Assembly (NCBI GenBank): GCA_963681965.1
Contig: OY820579.1
Location: forward strand, 4,064,001-4,128,000
Length of the DNA stretch: 64,000 nt
Source of the DNA: a bacterium
GTDB lineage: Bacteria > Electryoneota > JAOADG01
Reading direction: 5' to 3'
In this document: positions 40,752-51,084 of the stretch, piece by piece
How positions within the stretch are numbered: position 1 is the stretch's first letter
How the letters are laid out: each line of letters opens with the position of its first letter
Translations under genes and position numbers: made by a program
Notes under the pieces: generated by a model
What the model was told of the DNA's origin: nothing
Databases searched by the model: none
Seen by the model: the letters and a program-made list of their open reading frames with translations, nothing else

Positions 40752-41732
40752 ATGGCGAATAAAGCCAAATCACTGTCGATAAAAGAACTGTTGGATGAAC
40801 TTGCCGACCGGCTACAATTGAAACTGGTAGCCGGACAGGCAGGGCTTGTCCGGGAAGTCCGCGAGCGCGATCTGAACCGCCCCTCGCTGGCACTTGCAGG
40901 ATTTTTCGGCGATTTCCGTCACGACCGGATCCAAATCCTCGGTAACACGGAAAATCATTTTCTCGAATGCTTGGACAACGACGAGCGGGTCAAGCGGATC
41001 AGTGAAGTATTTCGATTGCCGTTACCGATCGTGATTTTGACCGACCGGAATGCTCCACTCCGGGAAATCATTCAAGCTGCCGAGTTGAACGATGTACCGG
41101 TCTGTACGACGCCGCTATCGACCACAGTGCTCAGCAGCCTGTTGGTTACGGCACTCGACGAGCGGTTTGCGCCGACCTGTCAAGAACACGGCGTATTGGT
41201 CGATGTATATGGTATCGGGGTATTCATTGCCGGGAAGGCGCGTTCCGGTAAATCGGAACTGGCGTTAGACTTAGTCGAACGCGGTCATCGGTTGGTTGCC
41301 GACGATATCGTGGAAATCTCGCTCCGGATGGGCGGCATTTTAATGGGGCACGCCCCGGAATTGCTGCGCCATCTGATTGAAGTCCGCGGTCTCGGTTTCC
41401 TCGATGTCCAACATCTGTTCGGAGTACGTGCCGTGCGCTTCCAAAAGCGCGTGGAAATTGTACTCGAGTTGGTCCACGATATGCCGGAAGACGCGATCAA
41501 TCGGCTCGGACTCGAAAACGATGAGCGGGAATTTCTTGGGATCAGATTACCGGTAGTGAAATTGCCGGTTATTCCCGGAAAATATTTGACAGTATTGGCG
41601 GAATTGGTCGCATTAAATCATCTGCTGAAGATGCAGGGTGTCAACACTGCACAGGAATTTGAGATGCGTCAGCGGATGGAAATAGAGAAGAAACGGACGA
41701 TACGGAAGTATCTGGAGGGGGACTTTGAGTGA
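40752..41732 (+). CDS. hprK: HPr kinase/phosphorylase
   Basis: RPSLALAG, RIQILG.TE, HGVLVDVYG.G, GKSELALDLVERGHRLVADD, IEVRGLG. Confidence 0.93.
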   Translation: MANKAKSLSIKELLDELADRLQLKLVAGQAGLVREVRERDLNRPSLALAGFFGDFRHDRIQILGNTENHFLECLDNDERVKRISEVFRLPLPIVILTDRNAPLREIIQAAELNDVPVCTTPLSTTVLSSLLVTALDERFAPTCQEHGVLVDVYGIGVFIAGKARSGKSELALDLVERGHRLVADDIVEISLRMGGILMGHAPELLRHLIEVRGLGFLDVQHLFGVRAVRFQKRVEIVLELVHDMPEDAINRLGLENDEREFLGIRLPVVKLPVIPGKYLTVLAELVALNHLLKMQGVNTAQEFEMRQRMEIEKKRTIRKYLEGDFE

Positions 41733-42087
41733 GACACCAATCGGGATCGTTGTAACGCGCAACGAATGGGGTCCGCTGCTGGTCGAAGAAGTGGAAGGCA
41801 CTTACTGCGATTGTGGGCTTTACGCAGTGATCGTCAACCCCGCCTCACCGGAACTCATTCGTCCGGTAGCCATCGCTCCGGATCAATCCATTTTCTGGTT
41901 CGTCGATGCTCCGGGCAGCACTGCCGAACGTGCCGCTCAACGCGTGAAACTCGCGATCGACCACATTATCACCGGCTTTTCGATGCCGATGCTGCTCTCC
42001 TTCGTTACCAAACGAAAACACCTCCCGATCGAGGTTCTCGTCGCTCAGTGCCGTAGCGCGCTCGAGCGTGGAAATATCTGCGGGTAA
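41725..42087 (+). CDS. Divergent PTS EIIA mannose/fructose-family-like protein
   Basis: FVDAPGST resembles LTDLFGGSP; IITGFSMPMLL resembles VISGVNLPMLL; follows hprK. Confidence 0.6.
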   Translation: MSETPIGIVVTRNEWGPLLVEEVEGTYCDCGLYAVIVNPASPELIRPVAIAPDQSIFWFVDAPGSTAERAAQRVKLAIDHIITGFSMPMLLSFVTKRKHLPIEVLVAQCRSALERGNICG

Positions 42088-42156
42088 AAATAATATTCGG
42101 ATTCAGCAAATTCCTCTTGTAATATTATTCAATTTTCCATAAATTATCGCAATTAC

Positions 42157-42185
42157 AATCGATATCAATTGCATTGATATCCATT
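42157..42185. promoter_or_regulatory. Palindromic operator candidate
   Basis: GATATCAAT-tgc-ATTGATATC, extending to 13 bp with one mismatch, about 56 bp before the ATG at 42242. Confidence 0.4.
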
Positions 42186-42241
42186 CCTCATGTAATTCTT
42201 CCGTCCGTTTTTTTCTTTCATCAAATCTGGAGATTGCCAAC

Positions 42242-43249
42242 ATGAGTAATAAAGAGTATATCAATCCATTTTCCAAGGGTAAAACACAAGCATTGCTAAT
42301 ATTTACAATCGTTATCTATTTATTATTCTTACTCGCCAAGATGGTAGATAACGGTTTTTTAAATAACGATTATTTAAAAAATGTCGACCTGTTTAGGCTC
42401 AGAGAAACAATTGATGGTAAGTTACATGAATATTTGGATAACCTTAGTTATTGGATAATCAAGATCGCGCAAATATCGATCATGCTTGGTTTCGTGATTA
42501 TGGTCATTACTCAGTTTTACAAGAAACAATATCGACCGGAATTTGCCAAGCAGATATTTTGCGACTGGTTCAAATTCAACCTGATATCCGGTGAGAAAGG
42601 TGTCACCAGTATTGCGATTACTGGAAATGAGAACGACCCAAATAAAGACGATCCGACTCTGTACCGGGAACTCTTGTTTCTATCGCAATGCGGTGGTGAA
42701 AAAACATTGTTTAGTCTTCCGATCGAACATCTGTGCGGACAACTAAACACCGCAGTCGCGAATATTCTTCAGGATCCCACGAACCATCCTCAATTGATCG
42801 CTCACTTATGCGGACTCGATAAGAATCAGTTAGCCAGCACCGACCAACAGATTCAAATGTTCAAGCAAGTATTTACAACGGATTTCACAATTAATACAAA
42901 TACGTCATCTTCTAAGAATGATAATGAATCGGGTTCAGTAAGCAGTACGAATAGTAATCCTACACCCGATGAAATCGATCGTAAGCGGGCAATGGGTTTG
43001 ACGACGATCCATCATTTGATTCAGCGAAAGATCGACGGATTCCAGATTAATTATAGCTTTTCCTGGCAATCGCGATTATTAAGTGTCTCGGCGATTATCG
43101 CGTTGTTATTCAGTTTTCACCTCGCCGTAGTGCTGCGCGTGAAGGGACTGAATATATTGGGTTTCACATTACTGATCGCTTTGATCAGTACGTACACGTC
43201 GATGCTTTGGCGTGACGCAGTGTCCTATCTGGTTAAGCTCCGTAAATGA
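42242..43249 (+). CDS. Hypothetical membrane protein (2 N-terminal and 2 C-terminal TM helices)
   Basis: 335-aa AT-rich ORF with GGAG RBS; stop overlaps the next start. Confidence 0.75.
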   Translation: MSNKEYINPFSKGKTQALLIFTIVIYLLFLLAKMVDNGFLNNDYLKNVDLFRLRETIDGKLHEYLDNLSYWIIKIAQISIMLGFVIMVITQFYKKQYRPEFAKQIFCDWFKFNLISGEKGVTSIAITGNENDPNKDDPTLYRELLFLSQCGGEKTLFSLPIEHLCGQLNTAVANILQDPTNHPQLIAHLCGLDKNQLASTDQQIQMFKQVFTTDFTINTNTSSSKNDNESGSVSSTNSNPTPDEIDRKRAMGLTTIHHLIQRKIDGFQINYSFSWQSRLLSVSAIIALLFSFHLAVVLRVKGLNILGFTLLIALISTYTSMLWRDAVSYLVKLRK

Positions 43250-44214
43250 GCGACGAACTACCAGCGCGCGAGTTCTCGCGCTTGAAAACACGGATCTCTT
43301 ATCTGTCCGCCCGACAACAACCGAATGGCGGAAAGCCGCTTCAGCGGGTAGAACCTGCCTCCGGGCAGGTTGCTTCCTGCGTTACCGATAACTCGGGACT
43401 CACGGAAGATGTCGCTGATGGTTCGACAATCTTTCTTTGCATTCACGGTTACAACAACGATACTCTCGAAGCGATTCGGAGTTACCTTCACTTTGTCGAT
43501 AATCTCGAACAAATGGCACCCGATATCTTACCGGTTGCAAAAGTTTTTGGATTTGTCTGGCCAGGCGACGAAGCATGGAAATTAATAAGTGGTCCTTCTT
43601 TTTTGGATAAACCGAAAATCGCCGAAACTGTTGGCGCAAATCTGGCGTCGTATCTCGATTCCCGGTGTGGCAAAGTAGGAATCGACATTTACTTTGTTGC
43701 GCATTCGTTGGGTAATCGGGTATTATTTTATGCGTTGCGGCAATTCATGAAAATAAATAATCCCAAACTTCGTCTTCACGGGATTCTCTGTATGGCTGCG
43801 GCTGTTCCTGCATATACTCTTGAAGAAAAACACTACTTTCTAAAAGAACAGACCGATGCCGAATTAAAAGAGATCTTGAACGCGTTCAAATTGGTACAAT
43901 TCAGATACAACGGCTATTCTCATGATGATAAAACGCTAAGAAGACTTTTCTCAGTAGCATCAATAATCCTGACGCTTCCGAAAACCCATCTCTTGGATGA
44001 GATTTCTAACCAGAAAGCCATAGGGTATCTGGGAAAACCAGATACTCCCGGTCTCTGGAGTTTAAATTATAATTCTTATCTGGATCACAGTTTCTATTGG
44101 CCGGATAAGCCCAATGCATTGAAATTCTCAATGCTGGTCAAAGGTTACGTTCCACAAGAACTTCCGACGGCAACTCTTCCGATTGATACGATTGACGATC
44201 GATTGTTGCAATAA
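43246..44214 (+). CDS. Alpha/beta hydrolase, DUF900-like
   Basis: IHGYNN, GFVWPG, VAHSLGNR nucleophile elbow, MAAAV, S.DD..L, DHSFY. Confidence 0.82.
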   Translation: MSDELPAREFSRLKTRISYLSARQQPNGGKPLQRVEPASGQVASCVTDNSGLTEDVADGSTIFLCIHGYNNDTLEAIRSYLHFVDNLEQMAPDILPVAKVFGFVWPGDEAWKLISGPSFLDKPKIAETVGANLASYLDSRCGKVGIDIYFVAHSLGNRVLFYALRQFMKINNPKLRLHGILCMAAAVPAYTLEEKHYFLKEQTDAELKEILNAFKLVQFRYNGYSHDDKTLRRLFSVASIILTLPKTHLLDEISNQKAIGYLGKPDTPGLWSLNYNSYLDHSFYWPDKPNALKFSMLVKGYVPQELPTATLPIDTIDDRLLQ

Positions 44215-44218
44215 TTTT

Positions 44219-44596
44219 TCAATCCCCCGTCGGTACAATTTTACTCGTTTCCACCATCAGCATCACCGTTTTCTTCGGTGCGCGAGGTCGATGCATCACG
44301 TCGCGCGTGATCGTCACCCCTTGTCCGGGCGATAGTTCAATCACACGATCGGACAAATCTATCAGCAATTTTCCTTCCAACACGAAGAAAAATTCGTCAT
44401 CCTGCTCGTGCTTATGCCAGTGAAATTCCCCTTCGACAATCCCGATGCGGACAACACTATCGTTCACCTGCGTTAGGGTCTGATTGAACCATTTCTCGGT
44501 GCAATTCGCAACGATTTCCGGTACATCGATCCGTTCGAGATGGGGGTACTTTTGATCGAGGTGAATATGGTATTCTTCGGGATTTGGCTGATCCAT
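44219..44596 (-). CDS. Cupin domain protein
   Basis: GEFHWHKHEQDDEFFFVLEG...MHRPRA. Confidence 0.88.
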   Translation of the reverse strand: MDQPNPEEYHIHLDQKYPHLERIDVPEIVANCTEKWFNQTLTQVNDSVVRIGIVEGEFHWHKHEQDDEFFFVLEGKLLIDLSDRVIELSPGQGVTITRDVMHRPRAPKKTVMLMVETSKIVPTGD

Positions 44597-44647
44597 TGAT
44601 GCCTCCGATGATGTAGAATTCCAATTGTAACAGAGAACATAGTATTT

Positions 44648-44747
44648 TCTTGAAAATAAGTTGTTATCGGTAGTAGGGGCGGACCCCCGCGTCCGCCCGC
44701 AGGTCAGGCGAAGCCTGACACCGAATCATGACAACTTGTTTTCAAGA
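44648..44747 (+). mobile_element. 100-bp MITE/REPIN-like element, copy 4
   Basis: TCTTGAAAATAAGTTGTTATCGGTAGTAGGGGCGGACCCCCGCGTCCGCCCGCAGGTCAGGCGAAGCCTGACACCGAATCATGACAACTTGTTTTCAAGA. Confidence 0.82.
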
Positions 44748-44939
44748 ACCACTTTAGTTGTTGAATATGAATAATTCGCAATTCGACAGAAAGTTGCGCA
44801 ATTCGGCTAATGAACCAATAATCAGTGATAAACGTATAACCTGCAAGTGTATGGCGGGTCAGGCGATACTTTCGCGAACTTGCGAATGACCGCACTAATT
44901 TACATATTGAAAATTGATTTTACCGAAAGCGAACCCCTC

Positions 44940-46937
44940 TTGAAAGGGAAATACCAACATATTCAGACCCCGGAAGCCATTCGGAAGCTAGATTTACCGG
45001 AATTGATCGAATTTGCCGCCGAATTGCGCGACGAATTGATCAGTACCGTGACAATGGTCGGTGGTCACCTTGCCCCTTCGCTCGGAACGGTGGAGTTAAC
45101 CATCGCGCTGCACAAGGTGTTCAATACACCCCGCGATCAGATTGTCTGGGATGTCGGACATCAAGCGTACGCCCACAAAATGCTGACGGGACGCCGCGAA
45201 CGCCTCTCGACAATTCGACAACTGAATGGTCTCAGCGGCTTTTTGAAACGTGCCGAATCGGAATACGACAGCTTTGGTGCCGGTCACGCTTCGACGTCGA
45301 TCTCGGCGGCATACGGCTTGGCGTGCGCTCGCGACCTGTTGGGTGAAGACTACAAAGTGGTGGCAATCATCGGCGACGGCGCGATGACTGGTGGTCTTGC
45401 TTACGAGGCGTTGAACAATGCCGGTAGTTTCGGTAGAGATATTCTCGTCATTCTGAACGACAACACGATGTCGATCAGCCCCAATGTCGGCGCGATTTCG
45501 AATTATCTTTCCGACGTTATTACCAATCCCCGCTACCGGAAAGTCCGCGATAAAATTTGGGAAATTACCGGCAAATTACCGGCAACCGAGACGATGCGAC
45601 ACATCGGACGAAGGCTTGAAGACGGCATGAAAGCGTTTGTCGGTCCCGGCATCCTGTTTGAAGATCTCGGTTTTCAATACATCGGTCCGGTCGACGGTCA
45701 CGATCTCTCGCACTTGATGCAGATTCTTCAGCGCGCGCAAACGATGAAGGGTCCCGTGTTGTTGCACGTACTCACCGTAAAGGGAAAAGGGTGGGATAAA
45801 GCCGAAGCCGACCCGGTGAAATATCACGGTATAAAGGCAGGCACTCCGGCACCATCGAAACAATTGGTGCAACCAAAATCGCCACCCGGCTATGCCGAAC
45901 CGATCGAACCGAAACGCAAGTCATCCGAATCGCTTATTCCCGAGAGTGTTGAAGCGAATCCTGCTCCTTCTTTTATGGATGCATTCGGCGAAATCATGAT
46001 CGATCTGGCAAAATCCGATTCCAAGATCGTGGCAATCACTGCGGCGATGAGTGAAGGAACGGGATTATCCAATTTTGCCGATGAGTTACCCGATCAATTT
46101 TTCGATGTCGGGATTGCCGAAGCGCACGGCGTCTGCTTTGCCGCTGGCTTAGCCGCTAAGGGGATCAAACCGGTTTGCGCTATTTATTCAACATTTTTGC
46201 AGCGTGCGTTCGATCAGATTGTACACGATGTCGCGATGCAACATCTCCCGGTCGTGTTCTGTATCGATCGCGCTGGATTAGTCGGCGAAGATGGACCGAC
46301 GCACCACGGTGTACTCGATCTCAGTTATCTAAGTTGCATTCAGGAAATGATTGTTGCCTGTCCAAAAGATGGCAATGAATTGCGCGATTTGATGCTCACT
46401 GCAATTTCGCAAAAAATGCAGCCATTCGCCATCCGCTATCCGAAAGAAAGTTCGATCGCATACTCGCGCGACTATCGCGGTAAGATTCTTCCGATCGGTA
46501 GTTGGGAAGTGCTGGCAACTGGTGCCACTGCGACAGTTATTGCTACCGGCGCGATGGTTTCCCGCTCGCAACAAGCCGTTAAGAAACTTCGGTCCGAGGG
46601 ATTCGACATCGGGCTCGTCAATGCCCGCTTCGTCAAACCAGTCGACAAAACATTACTAAATGAGTTACGTATAACCACTAAACGACTAATCGTCATCGAA
46701 GAAAATGCCCCAACCGGCGGGCTGATTTCTCAAGTTCGGAATGCGTTTGCGGAAATGGGTGACTATTGCCTTCCGATCGAAGCTTTCTGTTTACCGGATC
46801 GCTTTGTCGAACATGGCAAACGCGAAGAGCTATTGAACATGGTAGGATTGTCTTCGATCAAGATTGAACAACGTTTGCGGGAATTGCTGACTGGCACTGC
46901 GTCAAATACGGTATCCAATATTCGCGAGCAAGTATAG
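44940..46937 (+). CDS. dxs: 1-deoxy-D-xylulose-5-phosphate synthase (start approximate, TTG)
   Basis: GGHLAPSLGTVELT, WDVGHQAY.HK, GAGHASTSIS, IGDGAMTGG, DVGIAE.H, YSTFLQRA.DQ, DGPTHHG. Confidence 0.95.
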   Translation: MKGKYQHIQTPEAIRKLDLPELIEFAAELRDELISTVTMVGGHLAPSLGTVELTIALHKVFNTPRDQIVWDVGHQAYAHKMLTGRRERLSTIRQLNGLSGFLKRAESEYDSFGAGHASTSISAAYGLACARDLLGEDYKVVAIIGDGAMTGGLAYEALNNAGSFGRDILVILNDNTMSISPNVGAISNYLSDVITNPRYRKVRDKIWEITGKLPATETMRHIGRRLEDGMKAFVGPGILFEDLGFQYIGPVDGHDLSHLMQILQRAQTMKGPVLLHVLTVKGKGWDKAEADPVKYHGIKAGTPAPSKQLVQPKSPPGYAEPIEPKRKSSESLIPESVEANPAPSFMDAFGEIMIDLAKSDSKIVAITAAMSEGTGLSNFADELPDQFFDVGIAEAHGVCFAAGLAAKGIKPVCAIYSTFLQRAFDQIVHDVAMQHLPVVFCIDRAGLVGEDGPTHHGVLDLSYLSCIQEMIVACPKDGNELRDLMLTAISQKMQPFAIRYPKESSIAYSRDYRGKILPIGSWEVLATGATATVIATGAMVSRSQQAVKKLRSEGFDIGLVNARFVKPVDKTLLNELRITTKRLIVIEENAPTGGLISQVRNAFAEMGDYCLPIEAFCLPDRFVEHGKREELLNMVGLSSIKIEQRLRELLTGTASNTVSNIREQV

Positions 46938-46950
46938 TGGGGGAACGATA

Positions 46951-47817
46951 GTGAAGATCGTCGTCGACGATCACGCCGGATTTTGTGGTGGCGTGAAGCG
47001 TGTAGTTCGATTGGCGGAACAATCGCTGGAAAATGGCGAGCAGATTCGATCGCTCGGTGATTTGATTCACAACGATTCCGAAATCAATCGACTGAAACAA
47101 CGCGGGCTCGAGATTGTCGATCATGAGATTTTCAATCGCAAAGAACATGGCGGCGTATTGTTGATCCGCGCACATGGCGAACCTCCCTCCACTTTTCAGA
47201 CCGCTGAAGACCAGCACATGACCCTCATCGACGGCACCTGTCCGGTGGTGACCAAATCGCAAAAAATCGCTCGCGAAGCCTATTTGCGCGGCGAACAAGT
47301 CGTCATTGTCGGTAAGAAATTTCATGCCGAAGTGAAAGGCATCATCGGTCACTGCGATAATCAAGCCTTCGCCATCATGCATGAAGCGGACATCGACGAA
47401 TTGCCGTTGACAAAAGATCGACCGGTCTTCGTATTGGCGCAAACAACGATTTCACCCGAAGAATTTCAAGCGGGCGTCGAATGGATTCGCAAACGCGGTT
47501 TCGAAGTTCACGTTCACGATACACTCTGTCGCTTCGTAACCGGTCGCGATAAAGATCTGGAAAAATTCGCCGCCGCTTACGATGTCATCTTAATCGTCGG
47601 CGGTCACAAATCGTCGAATACGAAATATCTTCACTCCGTTTGTCGCGAAAAAAATCCCAACAGCTACCATATCGAAGACGATTCGGAAATCGACTACCAT
47701 TGGTTCGACGGCAAAACCAGTGTAGGCGTTACCGGCAGCGCCAGTACGCCACCGTGGATGCTGGAACAGGTCCGGAACGTACTCGAAACGAAATTGAACA
47801 TGAACGTTGCCGAATAG
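46951..47817 (+). CDS. ispH: 4-hydroxy-3-methylbut-2-enyl diphosphate reductase
   Basis: AGFCGGV.R, LIHN, IRAHG, DGTCP.V, H.EV.G, QTT, SSNT, GVTGSASTP. Confidence 0.93.
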   Translation: MKIVVDDHAGFCGGVKRVVRLAEQSLENGEQIRSLGDLIHNDSEINRLKQRGLEIVDHEIFNRKEHGGVLLIRAHGEPPSTFQTAEDQHMTLIDGTCPVVTKSQKIAREAYLRGEQVVIVGKKFHAEVKGIIGHCDNQAFAIMHEADIDELPLTKDRPVFVLAQTTISPEEFQAGVEWIRKRGFEVHVHDTLCRFVTGRDKDLEKFAAAYDVILIVGGHKSSNTKYLHSVCREKNPNSYHIEDDSEIDYHWFDGKTSVGVTGSASTPPWMLEQVRNVLETKLNMNVAE

Positions 47818-47890
47818 CATGTAGGACGAATTCTCGAACAATTCCACAAAATTTTCGTAATACTACTCTAGTATACCCTCAATAGGATTA

Positions 47891-48889
47891 ATGGAACAAA
47901 TCATGTCTGAAAACGAAAAGCGCATCTCCGGACCGACTCGTCGGATCAAAGAAATCGTCGAGCGCGAACGCGATCCCAATACTACTGAAGAAGTCAATGT
48001 GGTCATACGCCGCCCGGATTGGATTCGCGGGAAACTTCCCAGCACCCAACTGACCGGTCCGACCCGCGAGATCATGCGTCAGAACAACTTGCATACGGTT
48101 TGTGAAGAAGCACGCTGCCCGAATCTTGGCGAGTGCTGGCAGAAACGCCACGCGACGGTGATGATTCTCGGCGATACCTGCACGCGCTCTTGCGGCTTTT
48201 GTGCCATCAAGACCGGTAAACCGAATGAACTCGATTGGGACGAACCGCGTCGTGTCGGCGAAGCGGTTGCAGAACTGAATTTGAAACATGTCGTTATCAC
48301 TTCGGTGAATCGCGACGAACTGCTGCTCGGTGGTGCCGATATTTTTGCCGCGACAATCAAGGAAATCCGACAGCGAACTCCCGACACTCGAATCGAAGTA
48401 TTAACTCCCGATTTCAAAGCTTACGAACCGGCAATGAAAATCTGTTTCGACGCGCGTCCGGATATTTTCAATCACAATATCGAAACGGTTCCGCGGTTGT
48501 ACTACAAAGTCCGCCCTCAGGCAATCTATCAGCGTTCGCTCGATGTACTGAAAGCGGGTAAAGACGCAGGTTTGATCACTAAATCGGGGATCATGGTCGG
48601 TCTCGGTGAAACTAATGAAGAAGTGATCGAAGTACTCAGAGATTTACGTGGTGTCGGTGTCGACATGCTGACAATCGGGCAATATCTGCAACCGACGCGC
48701 GAACATTTACCGGTAGCACGATTTGTCACCCCGGACGAATTCAAAGAATATGAACGGGTTGCTTTCGAACTCGGTTTCGGTAGCGCAGCAAGTGGACCGA
48801 TGGTTCGATCCAGTTACAATGCCGAAGATTTCTTCGAACGTTCGAAGGTGAAAGTGCTATTCGAACAGAATCGCAAAGTGTATCATTGA
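47891..48889 (+). CDS. lipA: Lipoyl synthase
   Basis: TVCEEARCPNLGEC, CTRSCGFC, HNIETV, TIGQYLQP, VRSSY. Confidence 0.95.
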   Translation: MEQIMSENEKRISGPTRRIKEIVERERDPNTTEEVNVVIRRPDWIRGKLPSTQLTGPTREIMRQNNLHTVCEEARCPNLGECWQKRHATVMILGDTCTRSCGFCAIKTGKPNELDWDEPRRVGEAVAELNLKHVVITSVNRDELLLGGADIFAATIKEIRQRTPDTRIEVLTPDFKAYEPAMKICFDARPDIFNHNIETVPRLYYKVRPQAIYQRSLDVLKAGKDAGLITKSGIMVGLGETNEEVIEVLRDLRGVGVDMLTIGQYLQPTREHLPVARFVTPDEFKEYERVAFELGFGSAASGPMVRSSYNAEDFFERSKVKVLFEQNRKVYH

Positions 48890-48894
48890 AAATT

Positions 48895-48923
48895 CGGCGG
48901 GTGATTATCCCGCCGTTTTTTTT
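48895..48923 (+). terminator. Intrinsic terminator
   Basis: CGGCGGG-loop-CCCGCCG followed by T8. Confidence 0.8.
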
Positions 48924-49006
48924 ACCGACTAGTGAGCAGTTATCCAACTGCTGGAATTTGAGTGGCATACTGAAAATCAATCAGTCATTCCCTTCATTGA
49001 TTTGTA

Positions 49007-50653
49007 TCAGGCTGGTACTAATTCTGCCTCCTGACGGATCATTTGTTTCTGTAGTGCGATATTTTCCAATTTTCGCGTCTTAATCAAAGCTTTTGTGGGC
49101 TGAACAAGCGATAACAAATTTTTGTGTAGTTCAATTTCTTCATAGCTCAATGGTGCCCGGGAGTGGCGCCTCCGCCAAGTGGATACATGCTTCAGAAATG
49201 CAACCTGAATTGTTCCATTGAGTGCAGAATCGATTACTTCCTGACCGAATAATTCAGTCAGTCTGTTAAGACTCCCTTCGGCACGTTGAATCGATTCTTT
49301 GTTTTCTTCAATTCGAGCCTCGAAAAATTCACGCAACCCCATCACAATCGAATTCAATGTTGCTTCTTCATCCATATCCATTTGTTCGATGGTGATACTC
49401 TTTTCAGCGATAAACTTGCTCCCGGTTGCCGATTTACCTCGAATAGTAGAACCGATCACCTTTGAGCTATCAATGTTCCCATTAACCGAAACTGTCGCTG
49501 CAGCGCTGACTGAGGAATTCGCTACCGATCCGTTGACTGCGATGGACTGATCGCTGTGCAGATGACTGCTCTCGACACTTCCCTGAATCAGAATGTTCCC
49601 AGTAGTCTCAATGCTGGTATCAGCCTGCACGTTCCCCATCACAATCACGTCACCAGTGGCACAGATGATACTACCGACCACAAGATCACCCTTAATGTAC
49701 ACTGGTTGATCGGTCACAACCGACATCGCATCCGAGGATTCAAGTTCCAACGGTGGAACCACTGACACCGTTACTTTTTCCAGCATCGAACGTTCCCCGC
49801 GAGCGGTGTATTGCTGTTTGTAGGTTCGATCGATCAAGACAAATCCATCGACAGCCGCAGTTACCGATAATCCGTACTGAGCGGTCTTCGCCCCATTCGA
49901 ACCGATCACTCGAAAATCAAGTGCTTTCGAACAGGGAATAGTGGCACCATGTACATCGATACCTTCTTTCGTTCCGTCAACCGGTAACGTTTTCGAGCAT
50001 AACAAATCATCGGCTTTGACCATTCGCGATGTGCGGAATTCGTTGACTTTTGACGGGTCAGGTTCCAGTTCGAAATAAAATTGGATTTTGGCATCAGTAG
50101 CCGGCTCAGGCAGAGTTCCTTGCGCTCCGATTATTCCGTTGACGACTGATCGCGTGAATTTCGATTGTTTGATTCCCTGTTCAATGTTTTCGATTTTAAC
50201 TAATCGAGGCGACACCTTGTGTGTTTTCAAACAGCTTTCGATAAACTCAAGCGTTGTATATTGTCCGAATTCATTCATTGGATAGATCACGACGTCGGCA
50301 ATCATATCCTTGTATTCGATCTTGTCGTTACCCATTTGCGAGCGGAAAGTGATCTTCGGACTACCACTCGGAGGCGGTGAGCGACGAACAGTGATCTTCG
50401 TGGAAACAGTATCATCAGTGATGTTGGTAACTTGCGTATCGGTAAATTCCAGAAATTCCACCGGAATACCGCTGCTTTTTGAAAGAATCGTTTTAATTGA
50501 ACGCAACTTTTGAAATGATAAGGAAACATTTACAAAATCTTCTTTGGAGATTGTGGTCAGAATTTCCCAGCTTTCGGAATCGAGCTGGTTTACTTCAACG
50601 TTTAAATCGAGTAGCACCTGTTCGGGATCCTGCACCATTTGTTGTTCTGTCAT
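49007..50653 (-). CDS. FapA/DUF342-like protein
   Basis: AQGTLPEPATDAKI.F.F, V...DLL..K.LP..G..G.DV.G, beta-helix I.G.V repeats and C-terminal coiled coil. Confidence 0.72.
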   Translation of the reverse strand: MTEQQMVQDPEQVLLDLNVEVNQLDSESWEILTTISKEDFVNVSLSFQKLRSIKTILSKSSGIPVEFLEFTDTQVTNITDDTVSTKITVRRSPPPSGSPKITFRSQMGNDKIEYKDMIADVVIYPMNEFGQYTTLEFIESCLKTHKVSPRLVKIENIEQGIKQSKFTRSVVNGIIGAQGTLPEPATDAKIQFYFELEPDPSKVNEFRTSRMVKADDLLCSKTLPVDGTKEGIDVHGATIPCSKALDFRVIGSNGAKTAQYGLSVTAAVDGFVLIDRTYKQQYTARGERSMLEKVTVSVVPPLELESSDAMSVVTDQPVYIKGDLVVGSIICATGDVIVMGNVQADTSIETTGNILIQGSVESSHLHSDQSIAVNGSVANSSVSAAATVSVNGNIDSSKVIGSTIRGKSATGSKFIAEKSITIEQMDMDEEATLNSIVMGLREFFEARIEENKESIQRAEGSLNRLTELFGQEVIDSALNGTIQVAFLKHVSTWRRRHSRAPLSYEEIELHKNLLSLVQPTKALIKTRKLENIALQKQMIRQEAELVPA

Positions 50654-51084
50654 TTACTTAAGCACCCTTTATTCAGAAGTGATATCGTCATTTATTCAAA
50701 ATTCCTGAATACGGCTGATTGTGGGTTTCAAATGATAAAAAATATGACTCCCGATATTCCTCAATTCAGTAATAACTATTTTCTAAACTGATAATGTGGA
50801 GCGAGTTGACCACTAAATCATTTGCGGTTGATAAACTCCCAATGAAACCGATCGAAAATTACGAATTCAAGCCGGTAAGACCAATTCTCTCAAATGCTCA
50901 AAAATGAAACTGATAACGTTTGGATTACCAATTCCAGTTTTCGTAATCCTAATCTAAGAATATGAAGATGTAAGTCGGAGAGACTGATCAATACATGCAA
51001 ATTAAACCGTGAAACTTAGTTTTGAGAATCTGATTGAACTATTTGATAAATAAGCATGGAAGCATCGTTTTCGCTCTCAGCTTT

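Noticed and set aside
14115-44747. CRISPR repeats or tRNAs
   Set aside because: Copies are dispersed over 30 kb with no spacers, no cas genes and no cloverleaf or T-loop motif
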